Origin: Alphaproteobacteria bacterium
GTDB taxonomy: Bacteria; Pseudomonadota; Alphaproteobacteria; Rs-D84
DNA length: 32,000 bases
Reading direction: 5' to 3'
NCBI GenBank assembly: GCA_017475605.1
Contig: JAFVFD010000002.1
Location: 120,001-152,000, forward strand
The translations under genes and the position numbers were made by a program. Position 1 is the first letter of the stretch. Each line of letters opens with the position of its first letter. This document shows positions 8,947 through 17,791 of the stretch, one piece after another. The notes below the pieces were generated by a model that saw nothing but the letters and a program-made list of their open reading frames with translations, was not told where the DNA came from and did no database searches.

Positions 8947-11553
8947 CTAGACCAATTTACCATGACAGTGCTTGTATTTAAGGCCCGAACCACATGGGCA
9001 TGGGGCATTACGACGCGCCTCGGTTGATTGGTTCATGTCGGCATCGTGTTTCGCGTGTTCTGCGGCACGCGCATCAACATTTTCGCGTGTCAATTCCATG
9101 CGACAGATATACGACACGGACATTAACTTGAAATTGTTAATAGTGTTTTTGAACAGTCCCAATGCTTCGCGTTTATATTCATACAATGGGTTTTTCTGGG
9201 CATAGCCGCGCAGACCAATTGCCGTCTGTAAATAGTCCATCTGTTGCAAGTGCCGTTTCCAAACACCATCCAACGCGCTTAACATCATTTGACGCGATGC
9301 CATTTGCATCAATTCGGTGCCGTATTTTTCGGTTTGTTGTTCATATCTGCGCAACGCCAGATTGTTAAGGACATCATAGGCCTTGCGTTCTGTGATTTCT
9401 TCGTCCGTTTTCCAGTTTTCAATATCTGTGATATCAAGTGCAAATGTGCGCAACATTGCATCGTGAATACCGGAAATATTCCAATCGGCCGGCATCGTTT
9501 TTTCTGGAATATTGTTTTCACAAATCATTTCAACGACATCGCCAATCATTTCGCGCGCCAAACCACTTAAATCATTTGAAGTCATCAAATCATCGCGTTG
9601 TTTATAGACAACACCGCGTTGTTCATTCATAACATCGTCGTATTTAAGCAATTCTTTACGCATTTCAAAATAGCGCGCCTCGACACGTTTTTGTGCCTTT
9701 TCCAATGCCTTGGTTATCCATGGGTGTGTAATTGCTTCACCTGGTTTAAGACCCAGTGTCGTTAACATTCCGTTAAGGCGTGCCGCACCAAATATACGCA
9801 TCAAATCGTCGTCCAATGCCAAGAAGAACTTGGAATCACCCGGGTCGCCTTGCCGTCCGGAACGACCGCGCAATTGGTTATCAATGCGGCGTGATTCATG
9901 ACGTTCGGTGCCAATAACATACAAACCACCAGCATCCAAAACTAATTTCTTGTTTGCTTCTATGGTGTCGTATATTTCTTTCTTTTTCGCCTCAAAATCA
10001 GGTGCATCTTTGTCCAATGCCGCAATCAATTCTTCGGCATTACCACCCAATTTAATATCGGTTCCACGACCCGCCATGTTTGTCGCAATTGTAACCGCAC
10101 CTGGCGCACCAGCCTGGGCAACAATTTTTGCTTCGGATTCGTGATGTTTTGCGTTCAAAACAGCCGGGTTAATTCCCAATTCAGAACGCACCAATGCCGC
10201 CAATTCTTCGGACTTTTCAATTGAAACGGTGCCCACCAAAACAGGCTGTTTGCGCGACATGCAGTCTTTGATTTGCGCCAAGATGGCCGCATATTTTTCA
10301 TCTTTGTTACGATAGATTTCGTCGTGATGATCCACACGCGCAACTGGGCGATTCGTTGGAATTGATACAACGCGCAACTTATATATTTCTTCAAATTCGG
10401 CCGCTTCGGTCATGGCGGTACCGGTCATACCGGCCAATGTCTTATAAAGACGGAACAGGTTTTGATATGAAATACTGGAAACGGTTTGGTTTTCAGGCTG
10501 AACCGTTACGTGTTCCTTGGCCTCGATTGCCTGGTGCAACCCCTTGCCAAAACGACGACCGGTCATAACACGCCCGGTAAATTCGTCAACAATTAAGATT
10601 TCGCCGTTTCTAACAACATAATTCACATTTTTCTGGTACAAATGGTGCGCCAACAGCGATTGTTGTATATGCATCACCAATGCGGCATTTTCAGACGCAT
10701 ATAAATTATCGCCCACCAACAAGCCGGCTTCCTTTAACAGACGCGTTGCATTATCAACACCTGATTCTGTAAGGGTAACATGACGGTCTTTTTCATCTTT
10801 CTTGAAATCGTCTGGACCCAATTTTACAACAACATCATCAACACTGGCGTAAAGTTGACTAACATCTTCGGCGGGGCCGGAAATAATAAGCGGCGTACGC
10901 GCTTCGTCAATCAAAATACTGTCCACTTCGTCAACGATGCCAAAGAACAAAGGACGCAAAACCTGCTGTTCCTTGGAAAACTTCATATTATCACGCAGGT
11001 AATCGAACCCCAATTCAGAATTAGTAACATATGTAATATCGCAATTATACGCGGCACGACGTTCTTCATCGGTCATATCATGCTGAATCACACCAACGGT
11101 TAACCCCAAGAAACGATATATTTTACCCATCCAATTCGCATCGCGTGATGCCAGGTAATCGTTAACCGTAATCAGATGCGCGCCACGACCATACAGCGCC
11201 TTTAAGAACATGGCCAATGTCGCAACCAATGTTTTACCTTCACCGGTTTTCATTTCGGCAATTTGACCGTCGTTCAAAACCATACCACCAATCAATTGTA
11301 CATTAAAATGGCGCATACCGACACTGCGGATTGCGGCCTCTCGCACCAACGCGAATGCATCTGGCAATATATTTTTTTCTTTTTCACCGTTCTGTAACCG
11401 TTCGCGCAACGCAACCGTTTGTGCGCGTAATTCGTCATCACTCATTGCGTGATATTTAGGTTCCAAATCGTTTATAATAGAAACAGTTTTATCGTATGAT
11501 TTTACCAATCGGTCGTTTGCAGACCCTAATATTTTAGTCAATATGTTTAACAT
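8947..11553 (-). CDS. secA: Preprotein translocase ATPase SecA
   Basis: 868 aa with DEAD-like motor motifs (MKTGEGKT, VDEVDSILIDEARTPLIISG, TNMAGRGTDI) and a C-terminal zinc finger, CPCGSGLKYKHCHG. Confidence 0.97.
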   Translation of the reverse strand: MLNILTKILGSANDRLVKSYDKTVSIINDLEPKYHAMSDDELRAQTVALRERLQNGEKEKNILPDAFALVREAAIRSVGMRHFNVQLIGGMVLNDGQIAEMKTGEGKTLVATLAMFLKALYGRGAHLITVNDYLASRDANWMGKIYRFLGLTVGVIQHDMTDEERRAAYNCDITYVTNSELGFDYLRDNMKFSKEQQVLRPLFFGIVDEVDSILIDEARTPLIISGPAEDVSQLYASVDDVVVKLGPDDFKKDEKDRHVTLTESGVDNATRLLKEAGLLVGDNLYASENAALVMHIQQSLLAHHLYQKNVNYVVRNGEILIVDEFTGRVMTGRRFGKGLHQAIEAKEHVTVQPENQTVSSISYQNLFRLYKTLAGMTGTAMTEAAEFEEIYKLRVVSIPTNRPVARVDHHDEIYRNKDEKYAAILAQIKDCMSRKQPVLVGTVSIEKSEELAALVRSELGINPAVLNAKHHESEAKIVAQAGAPGAVTIATNMAGRGTDIKLGGNAEELIAALDKDAPDFEAKKKEIYDTIEANKKLVLDAGGLYVIGTERHESRRIDNQLRGRSGRQGDPGDSKFFLALDDDLMRIFGAARLNGMLTTLGLKPGEAITHPWITKALEKAQKRVEARYFEMRKELLKYDDVMNEQRGVVYKQRDDLMTSNDLSGLAREMIGDVVEMICENNIPEKTMPADWNISGIHDAMLRTFALDITDIENWKTDEEITERKAYDVLNNLALRRYEQQTEKYGTELMQMASRQMMLSALDGVWKRHLQQMDYLQTAIGLRGYAQKNPLYEYKREALGLFKNTINNFKLMSVSYICRMELTRENVDARAAEHAKHDADMNQSTEARRNAPCPCGSGLKYKHCHGKLV

Positions 11554-11763
11554 TTCGGTTTTCCTTGTCTTTTTATCACAAAATGTATAGCAATTTTGCG
11601 CCTTTCCGTCAAGATACTTTATGCATATAGTTAAAAAATCTTATCTGTGCAAGTGCGTTTTTTGTCAAAAAAACGATAAAAAATAAAAAAATTAAAATAT
11701 TTATATGAAAAACAGGCAAAAATATGATATATTACTTTTGAAAACAAAGCAGGGGGGATATTC

Positions 11764-11976
11764 ATGCGCGCACCAGTACAACAATTAAGTCCATCAAATA
11801 TTACCAGTGAAGTTTACACTATTTCCCCAACACAAATTGAATATATTGCCCGCATTTTTAGTGATGGTGTTGCCGACGCTATGAACATGCGCACATTTGC
11901 ACCACGTATTCGGGAAATTGCGATTCAGTCTTTACACAACGCATTACATGCTGCGCGCCACATGGGCGAAAAATAA
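11764..11976 (+). CDS. Hypothetical small protein (70 aa)
   Basis: ORF with a strong RBS (AGGGGGGAT 5-6 nt before the ATG). No recognisable motifs. Ends ~40 nt before the rnpB 5' end. Confidence 0.45.
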   Translation: MRAPVQQLSPSNITSEVYTISPTQIEYIARIFSDGVADAMNMRTFAPRIREIAIQSLHNALHAARHMGEK

Positions 11977-11981
11977 AACAC

Positions 11982-12009
11982 TTGAAAAACCTTATTTTTC
12001 CACTAAACT
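11982..12009 (+). promoter_or_regulatory. Candidate rnpB promoter
   Basis: TTGAAA - 16 nt - TAAACT. The predicted transcription start, ~7 nt downstream, coincides with the first base of the predicted P1 helix (12016). Confidence 0.4.
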
Positions 12010-12015
12010 TTACGC

Positions 12016-12345
12016 ATCAGATGCACAGGACATAGCCGTCGGGATCCCCGGCGGAGGAAAGTCCGGACTGCGTGGGACAGCATACAGGCTAACGGCCTGG
12101 CGGGGCGACCCGACGATTAGAGGAACAGTAACGTATGCGGTTTTTAACCGTTTGAAACGGCCAATCTCTATGCGCAGCAACTTCAAATAGGCCACCCATT
12201 GACCGGTCCCTGTCAGGTGGCGGGTAGAGGGCTTGATGCCCAGTGGTAACATTGGGTACAGATTGATTATGTCCGCTACCCCGTTGTTGTTGGAAACGAC
12301 TGCGGCGGGGCATGTACAGAATCCGGCTTATCGTGTATCTGATAA
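12016..12345 (+). ncRNA. rnpB: RNase P RNA (bacterial type A)
   Basis: Universally conserved P4 strands GGAGGAAAGTCCGGAC (12052-12067) and ACAGAATCCGGCTTATCG (12316-12333). The terminal P1 helix pairs ATCAGATGCAC (12016-12026) with GTGTATCTGAT (12333-12343), including one G-U pair. The overlapping track ORFs are spurious. Confidence 0.9.
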
Positions 12346-12373
12346 TAAAAATCGCGCCATCGGCGCGTTTTTA
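12346..12373. terminator. Bidirectional rho-independent terminator (rnpB on +, tolA on -)
   Basis: An A-run, the stem CGCGCC/GGCGCG with a 3-nt loop, then TTTTT. It lies between two convergent transcription units. Confidence 0.6.
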
Positions 12374-12375
12374 TT

Positions 12376-13137
12376 TTACATAACTTTACCACTGGTGGGG
12401 TAAAATGTTAATTGTATTTTTTCCCACTTGGAAAACTCATTTTCAGGCAACATTTTCAACGGTTGACAGGTATTTATTGCCGCACGTATTGTATCCAAAA
12501 CATAAGCAAATGCCGCATCAGTTTCCGCGCGCGCCGCCGATTCAAACCACACATCGCGCACCGTTCCATTTTTACGCATAGTAAGGTGTGCCACCGCACG
12601 AATATCCGAAATATCATTTCTGTTTTTATCAATTACCCAACAACGCGTCATCGCCACACGCAACGCATCAACCACCGACACATTAAGTGTGCGATTCAAT
12701 GAAACACTTTCGCGGTTAACACGAATTACCATTTTCTTCTTTGGTGCGGCTGGGACCGGATCAACCTTGATTTCTTCGGGTGTGGGTTCCGGCTTTGCAT
12801 CCGGTTTGGTTTCCGGTTCGGGTTCGGCCAGCGATGGCGATTCTATATTTTTATCGGGCGCATCGGGGGCGGGGGCAGGTTCCGGCGATTCCGTCTTTTC
12901 TGGTTTTACATCCGGTTTTGTATCTTCGATTGGGTTTGTATTATAAAGTTTTGTTTCTTCGCCCGATATCGTAACAGAATCTAAATCAATTTCTGTAATT
13001 TCAATTCTGTCCGGCGCAATTAACAACGCACGATTAACCAACACCGCAAATGACGTTACCATAACAGATATAACAATCAGATGTCCAATCAAAGACATCA
13101 GTATATTTTCCAACGAAAATTGTTTATCTGGGTTCAT
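12376..13137 (-). CDS. tolA: TolA-like cell-envelope integrity protein
   Basis: N-terminal TM anchor, a Pro/Glu/Lys-rich linker (PEPAPAPDAP...EPEPETKPDAKPEPTPEE) and a C-terminal TolA/TonB-like globular domain. Follows tolQ-tolR with a 4-nt ATGA overlap. Confidence 0.75.
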   Translation of the reverse strand: MNPDKQFSLENILMSLIGHLIVISVMVTSFAVLVNRALLIAPDRIEITEIDLDSVTISGEETKLYNTNPIEDTKPDVKPEKTESPEPAPAPDAPDKNIESPSLAEPEPETKPDAKPEPTPEEIKVDPVPAAPKKKMVIRVNRESVSLNRTLNVSVVDALRVAMTRCWVIDKNRNDISDIRAVAHLTMRKNGTVRDVWFESAARAETDAAFAYVLDTIRAAINTCQPLKMLPENEFSKWEKIQLTFYPTSGKVM

Positions 13138-13538
13138 TTTTCTGCTTTTGTGCGCAGGCCAACGCGCTGAAATCCGGAATCTTTCAATTTACCCATAACG
13201 GACATAACCGCACCATAATCGGCATGCCGGTCGCCATTTATAACTATTGATAACTGGGGGTTTTCACCACGCATCGCAATCGCGCGCTTAACAACATCAT
13301 CAACCGCCAATTCCGTCTCGTTCAAATAATAGCGACCATTGGAATCAACGCTTATTTGAATAGCATGATCGTTCCCATTTAATGCGGAATGCCCCGTATT
13401 TGGCAAATCTAAATCGATACCATTTGTCATCATTGGTGTTGTTACCATAAACACCGCCAGCAACACCGTCATAACATCAATCATAGGTGTTAATTGAATA
13501 AGTGCATCGGCATTTTGTCTGCGTCTTAATCTGGACAT
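13134..13538 (-). CDS. tolR: TolR/ExbD-family biopolymer transport protein
   Basis: 134 aa with LTPMIDVMTVLLAVFMV (TM segment with the conserved Asp) and an ExbD-type periplasmic domain. Lies between tolQ and tolA. Confidence 0.88.
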   Translation of the reverse strand: MSRLRRRQNADALIQLTPMIDVMTVLLAVFMVTTPMMTNGIDLDLPNTGHSALNGNDHAIQISVDSNGRYYLNETELAVDDVVKRAIAMRGENPQLSIVINGDRHADYGAVMSVMGKLKDSGFQRVGLRTKAEK

Positions 13539-13540
13539 GA

Positions 13541-13981
13541 TTATTTTCCACCCAATTTTTCGTATAAATCATCTGATTTTTTGGTAAACACTTGATACGC
13601 AATCGCGGCAGGTATTGCGGCAATAAGTCCCAGTGCAGTCGTCCCCAGTGCGGTTGCCAACCCCGGTGCAATAACACCAATACTGACCGATTGATTAAGC
13701 CCGATTGATGCGAAAGAATCCATAACACCCCATACGGTTCCGAACAACCCAATAAATGGCGACACACCCGCAACCATCGCCAAAAACCACAGGTTTTTAT
13801 CAAACGGTGCAATTGCATCGTCCGGTTTACCAGCCGGCTTGTTACGGCGTGCACCGCGGAAAAGACGAATTTTTTCAACAATAACCGCCCACGATAAAAT
13901 ACTGAAAATTACCAATACTATTGACGCAATTGCCGTTACAAAATCACTGGTAAACAATGTCCATAATGAAAAACTGTTCAT
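13541..13981 (-). CDS. tolQ: TolQ/ExbB-family proton-channel protein (compact, 146 aa)
   Basis: MotA/TolQ/ExbB motifs SPFIGLFGTVWGVMDSF and ALGTTALGLIAAIPAAIAYQVF. Start set at ATG 13981 (RBS GGAAGGA, 1 nt after the ybgC stop) rather than the track's 14005. Confidence 0.85.
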   Translation of the reverse strand: MNSFSLWTLFTSDFVTAIASIVLVIFSILSWAVIVEKIRLFRGARRNKPAGKPDDAIAPFDKNLWFLAMVAGVSPFIGLFGTVWGVMDSFASIGLNQSVSIGVIAPGLATALGTTALGLIAAIPAAIAYQVFTKKSDDLYEKLGGK

Positions 13982-13982
13982 T

Positions 13983-14372
13983 TTATCCTTCCTTTGCTGA
14001 ATCAAGGTGTTCTGTTATAGTTGCCGGAATGCGTTTTGCCCGCATATCCGCACCAATATAGACCACTGTAATATTCATTATAGCACAAATTGTGCCATCA
14101 TGCACGAACTTTTGTTGTAAATCCATAGATGCACCGCCTATATTGATAATTTCTGTTTCAACAACTATATCGTCGGCCAAGCGCAACGGGTGCATATATT
14201 TTATTGATATTTCGCGCACGACAAAACCATTGTCATCCGCCGGCAATTCAATTCCGCGCATCATTTCCATGCGGGCACGTTCCGCAATTTCAATATAACG
14301 ACCATGATAAACAATGCCGCCCGCATCCGTATCGGAATACGCGATTGAAAAATTGTATTTATATGTTTTCAT
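13983..14372 (-). CDS. ybgC: Tol-Pal-associated acyl-CoA thioesterase (4HBT/YbgC family)
   Basis: YSDTDAGGIVYHGRYIEIAERARMEMMR is the hot-dog-fold YbgC signature. The gene sits directly upstream of tolQ. Confidence 0.85.
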   Translation of the reverse strand: MKTYKYNFSIAYSDTDAGGIVYHGRYIEIAERARMEMMRGIELPADDNGFVVREISIKYMHPLRLADDIVVETEIINIGGASMDLQQKFVHDGTICAIMNITVVYIGADMRAKRIPATITEHLDSAKEG

Positions 14373-14997
14373 TATATCCTTCCTTTGTAAATTGCGTGGA
14401 ATCCAGGTTAAGTTCCTGTTTTAATCGTTCGGCAACACGCCCACGGATTTCATTGTATATGTCGCGCAACACCGGTTCATAGTCAAACTTTGCTGCAAAC
14501 GATTCCGAGAAAAAAGCCCGCCAATAAAAATTGTCTTTGTATGTTCCGACATACGACAAATCTTGGGCGCACATATGTTGTACCAGTGTGTCCAATATAT
14601 CCAACAATTTAACCAACTTGGATTCGGGCGATTGTCGCAATTCGTATTCATCAAAACCTTTTGCTACCACTTCATTTTGCAACAGGGCGTTTATCGTACC
14701 TATCGCAGATTGTTCCTTGGTGTGTTTTTGTCGTTTAATCTCGTCCGTCTGTTCGTGCAATGGCACATCGTGCGCAATGGCTTCTGGTAAATCATGTAAA
14801 ACACACAATTCCAAAACGCGTTCCAGATTGACCGAATGTATTAAATAGGGGTGAAAAACAATCGCCATCATTGCCATATTCCACGAATGTGATGCAACTG
14901 CCTGTTTTTTGCCGTCGGACATACGGGTTAGGCGATATTCACATTCCAATTTTTCGGCAATGCTAAGAAAATCTGTTAATTTCTTTATGTCGGTCAT
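14359..14997 (-). CDS. HD-domain phosphohydrolase (YfbR-like 5'-nucleotidase family)
   Basis: [11 protein letters not shown] ... [14 protein letters not shown] give the H...HD...D metal-binding pattern of HD_3/YfbR-type proteins. Overlaps ruvB by 4 nt and ybgC by 14 nt. Confidence 0.7.
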   Translation of the reverse strand: MTDIKKLTDFLSIAEKLECEYRLTRMSDGKKQAVASHSWNMAMMAIVFHPYLIHSVNLERVLELCVLHDLPEAIAHDVPLHEQTDEIKRQKHTKEQSAIGTINALLQNEVVAKGFDEYELRQSPESKLVKLLDILDTLVQHMCAQDLSYVGTYKDNFYWRAFFSESFAAKFDYEPVLRDIYNEIRGRVAERLKQELNLDSTQFTKEGYNENI

Positions 14998-15989
14998 TTT
15001 TTAAGACCCAAATGTTCATAACCGCTTTCGGTTACAATACGACCACGCGGGGTGCGTTGGATAAAGCCTAATTGCATCAAATAAGGTTCTATCACATCTT
15101 CGATTGTGTCCGCGGGTTCCGACAATGCCGCCGCCAAATTATCAATTCCAACCGGCCCACCGGCATAGTGCCGAACAATCGTTGTCATATATTCGCGGTC
15201 GATTTCATCCAATCCCGATGCGTCAATATGTAACTGGAACAGGGCGGTTTTTACGGTGTCCGCCGTTATTGTTTTGGTGTTTGTTGCCGCCGCAAAATCG
15301 CGTGCACGTTTCAAAAGTCTGTTCGCAATACGCGGCGTGCCACGCGAACTGTACGCCAATGCCAACGCGGCATCATCATCAATATTTGTTCCCAAAATAT
15401 TCGCACTGCGTTTAATAATTTTTGCCAAATCCGCCGGTGAATAAAACGACAGGCGCAAATCAATACCAAATCTGTCCCGTAATGGATTCGACAATAACCC
15501 GGTACGCGTTGTCGCACCAACCAATGTAAACGGCGGCAAATCAATTCGAACACTTTTGGCCGATGGACCTTCGCCCAGCATGATGTCCAACTTGAAATCT
15601 TCCATGGCGGAATAAAGGACTTCTTCTATTGCGGTTGGCAAACGGTGTATTTCATCAATGAAAAGAACATCCATTGGTTCCAATGCGGTCAAAATTGCCG
15701 CCAAATCGCCTTGCTTGGTAAGCATAGGTGCCGCGGTTGTGCGAAAATTCGTTCCTAGTTCATTTGCCACAATGTGTGCCAATGTGGTTTTCCCCAATCC
15801 CGGGGGACCATATAATAAAACATGGTCCATGGCCTCGCCACGCGATTTCGCGCCCGCGATAAACACAGACAGGTTCTGTTTCAAACTTTCGTGCCCGATA
15901 AAGTCCGCCAATGTTTTGGGGCGAATGGTCGCCGCCATTTCATCTGGGATTGTTGGATCTAAAAATCTTTCATTTTGGTTCATTGGCAT
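14994..15989 (-). CDS. ruvB: Holliday junction branch-migration helicase RuvB
   Basis: 331 aa with Walker [10 protein letters not shown], Walker [30 protein letters not shown] and a C-terminal winged helix. Confidence 0.97.
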   Translation of the reverse strand: MPMNQNERFLDPTIPDEMAATIRPKTLADFIGHESLKQNLSVFIAGAKSRGEAMDHVLLYGPPGLGKTTLAHIVANELGTNFRTTAAPMLTKQGDLAAILTALEPMDVLFIDEIHRLPTAIEEVLYSAMEDFKLDIMLGEGPSAKSVRIDLPPFTLVGATTRTGLLSNPLRDRFGIDLRLSFYSPADLAKIIKRSANILGTNIDDDAALALAYSSRGTPRIANRLLKRARDFAAATNTKTITADTVKTALFQLHIDASGLDEIDREYMTTIVRHYAGGPVGIDNLAAALSEPADTIEDVIEPYLMQLGFIQRTPRGRIVTESGYEHLGLKK

Positions 15990-15991
15990 TT

Positions 15992-16651
15992 TTACAACAA
16001 CTTGTCTTCGGCATTTTCACGACCAACATAGGCCTTTAAATCATTATACATCTGGCGCAGGTCGGCCGGTTGTGAATATTCAGAATCAGCATTTTTAATA
16101 CGGATTGTTTCAAGTGAGATTTGCGCCTGTTTTTTCAACAATTGGGTAAGGTGCGTTGAAAAAGCCTTGGCATCCTCTGATTCCGCCGCCCCTTGTAACA
16201 ACAGCCCACGATTTGGACGCGGCGACAAAAACGCATAGTCTGAAATAGATGGGTCAGGGGACACCAACGCAAAACCAGACACTTCCGGTCGGCGCATCAT
16301 GGCCTGTAAAACATACCACGCCCCCAATTCGTGCCCCGCCAGCCATATTTTATCACTGTCTTCGTTTTTATTTTGTATCCAATCAATCACTGTCGCGATA
16401 TCCAGCATGTTTTCCGATGTTGTACCAATTGCGCCCTCGGAATCATTGACACCGCGATAATTAAAGCGCACAACCGAAAAACCAATATCCATAAACGCAC
16501 GAAACATCGCATAGGACACACGATCGTTCATATGATGCTTGTTTCGAGGATTCCCCGACAGTACAACCGCCAACGGTGCCGCCGGTGTTTCAGATTTATG
16601 ATATACGGCATGTAATTTGCCTGCTTCACCTGTGATAATTATGTCTACCAT
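15992..16651 (-). CDS. Alpha/beta-hydrolase-fold protein (COG2945-like) with an atypical G-H-E-L-G nucleophile elbow
   Basis: 219 aa. [13 protein letters not shown]...[10 protein letters not shown]...LVSP follows the layout of the short alpha/beta hydrolases, but Glu occupies the position of the GxSxG serine. RBS AAGGAAGG. Confidence 0.65.
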   Translation of the reverse strand: MVDIIITGEAGKLHAVYHKSETPAAPLAVVLSGNPRNKHHMNDRVSYAMFRAFMDIGFSVVRFNYRGVNDSEGAIGTTSENMLDIATVIDWIQNKNEDSDKIWLAGHELGAWYVLQAMMRRPEVSGFALVSPDPSISDYAFLSPRPNRGLLLQGAAESEDAKAFSTHLTQLLKKQAQISLETIRIKNADSEYSQPADLRQMYNDLKAYVGRENAEDKLL

Positions 16652-16690
16652 TATTTATACACCTTCCTTGGAATAATCAATCTTGACTAA

Positions 16691-16720
16691 TTTATAGAAC
16701 AAACAGAATACAATTTTCAA
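16691..16720 (-). promoter_or_regulatory. Candidate promoter of the hydrolase-ruvB-...-tolA operon
   Basis: Minus strand reads TTGAAA - 18 nt - TATAAA, ~40 nt upstream of the ATG at 16651. Confidence 0.35.
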
Positions 16721-16736
16721 TAAAAATATTTTTGTT

Positions 16737-16766
16737 TTGACATGAATACCCCATTTGTTTTAAGAT
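16737..16766 (+). promoter_or_regulatory. Candidate promoter of the 16793 secreted-protein gene
   Basis: TTGACA - 18 nt - TAAGAT, lying back-to-back with the divergent minus-strand promoter. Its position favours the ATG at 16793 over the track start at 16742. Confidence 0.35.
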
Positions 16767-16792
16767 TTATTCGAGAGATAAAAGGTTTTGCT

Positions 16793-17713
16793 ATGTCTAA
16801 ACTAGGATTTTTGGCTGTTTTCGCGGTTTTTAGCGCATTTAATGCGTTTGCAGAAGACTTCGTTGAATACGAAAACTTTCAGACTATTTACACCGAAACA
16901 CCGGTACAATCATATTACGCGTACCCAGATGATCCGAATTTCATTCCGGAAACTGAATTTATGCAACGCGCAGACAGTTTGGACTATGACCAAAACATTA
17001 TAAATGCGCGCGAAGCGGAATCTGCGGCACACCCGGGGGTTATGTTTGCCGACCGCCCAATGATAATTTGTCGTAATTTTGGTTGTACAAAGTTAAACGA
17101 CCGTATCACGCGTACATTTTTATTTAACAGTTTGGCAAATATGTTCATGATGAACAGCCATTCCCGCGTATATATTTGTGAAGCGGACCCGTTTTCACGC
17201 GACTGCCTGCAATCTGGCATTTCATTCCCTGTGCGCAGCGGTGTTGCCAATGCCCTGGTCAAGATTCCCAAGGCCACCATATCCCAGGTTACTCTTTCCA
17301 CCGGTCTTTCCAAGGCAACCGTTGGTATGACCTATGAATTGTTGGTTAACGGTGTTTCCCGCGTGTGCGAACCAACCGTTATGGACATTGTTATTCCTGT
17401 TAATTCCCAGGCAACATTATCAAACCGCGAATTTACATGTAACATGACCAGCGACGGTTTAAGCAATGTGTCCTTGTTGGTTAATATTGATTATATCGAT
17501 TTAGACTATGGCATTTTGGGTGGTTATTATTCACTTGGGATGCAGGGTCCAACCACCGGTGGTGGCACAGGATACGCGTTATTCAAAACAGAATTCACGA
17601 CACGTGGTTTACAATTCCGCGCGGCCACTGATGACGATATGATGGGCGCAAATGGCGGTAATATGTTGACTATCCAACCGGGTGAATATGCCGTTGGGCC
17701 GTTGGCAAAATAA
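16793..17713 (+). CDS. Secreted hypothetical protein (306 aa, 6 Cys)
   Basis: From ATG 16793 the protein begins MSKLGFLAVFAVFSAFNAFA/EDF, a canonical Sec signal peptide. An AAAAGG RBS lies upstream. No family recognised. Confidence 0.7.
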   Translation: MSKLGFLAVFAVFSAFNAFAEDFVEYENFQTIYTETPVQSYYAYPDDPNFIPETEFMQRADSLDYDQNIINAREAESAAHPGVMFADRPMIICRNFGCTKLNDRITRTFLFNSLANMFMMNSHSRVYICEADPFSRDCLQSGISFPVRSGVANALVKIPKATISQVTLSTGLSKATVGMTYELLVNGVSRVCEPTVMDIVIPVNSQATLSNREFTCNMTSDGLSNVSLLVNIDYIDLDYGILGGYYSLGMQGPTTGGGTGYALFKTEFTTRGLQFRAATDDDMMGANGGNMLTIQPGEYAVGPLAK

Positions 17714-17791
17714 TCTGTGGTCGTGTCGGGGCAATGGTGGCGATTTTTACGCACACGACGCATTACCACAGCACATTGGACCATATAGAAG

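Noticed and set aside
11897-12313. ORFs 11897..12190(+), 12010..12252(-) and 12089..12313(-)
   Set aside because: They overlap the RNase P RNA gene, whose conserved P4 and P1 elements explain the region.
13477-14005. Alternative-frame ORF 13477..13881(-), and the idea that the short tolQ is a pseudogene
   Set aside because: The alternative frame has no motifs and overlaps two well-supported genes. The short TolQ retains all three TM segments and the conserved channel motifs, and it is tightly packed between ybgC (1-nt gap) and tolR (2-nt gap).
16652-16792. Minus-to-plus strand switch as a possible replication origin
   Set aside because: The intergenic region is only ~140 bp and is fully accounted for by two back-to-back promoters. 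I found no DnaA-box-like TTATCCACA repeats, and no dnaA, dnaN, hemE or parAB context.
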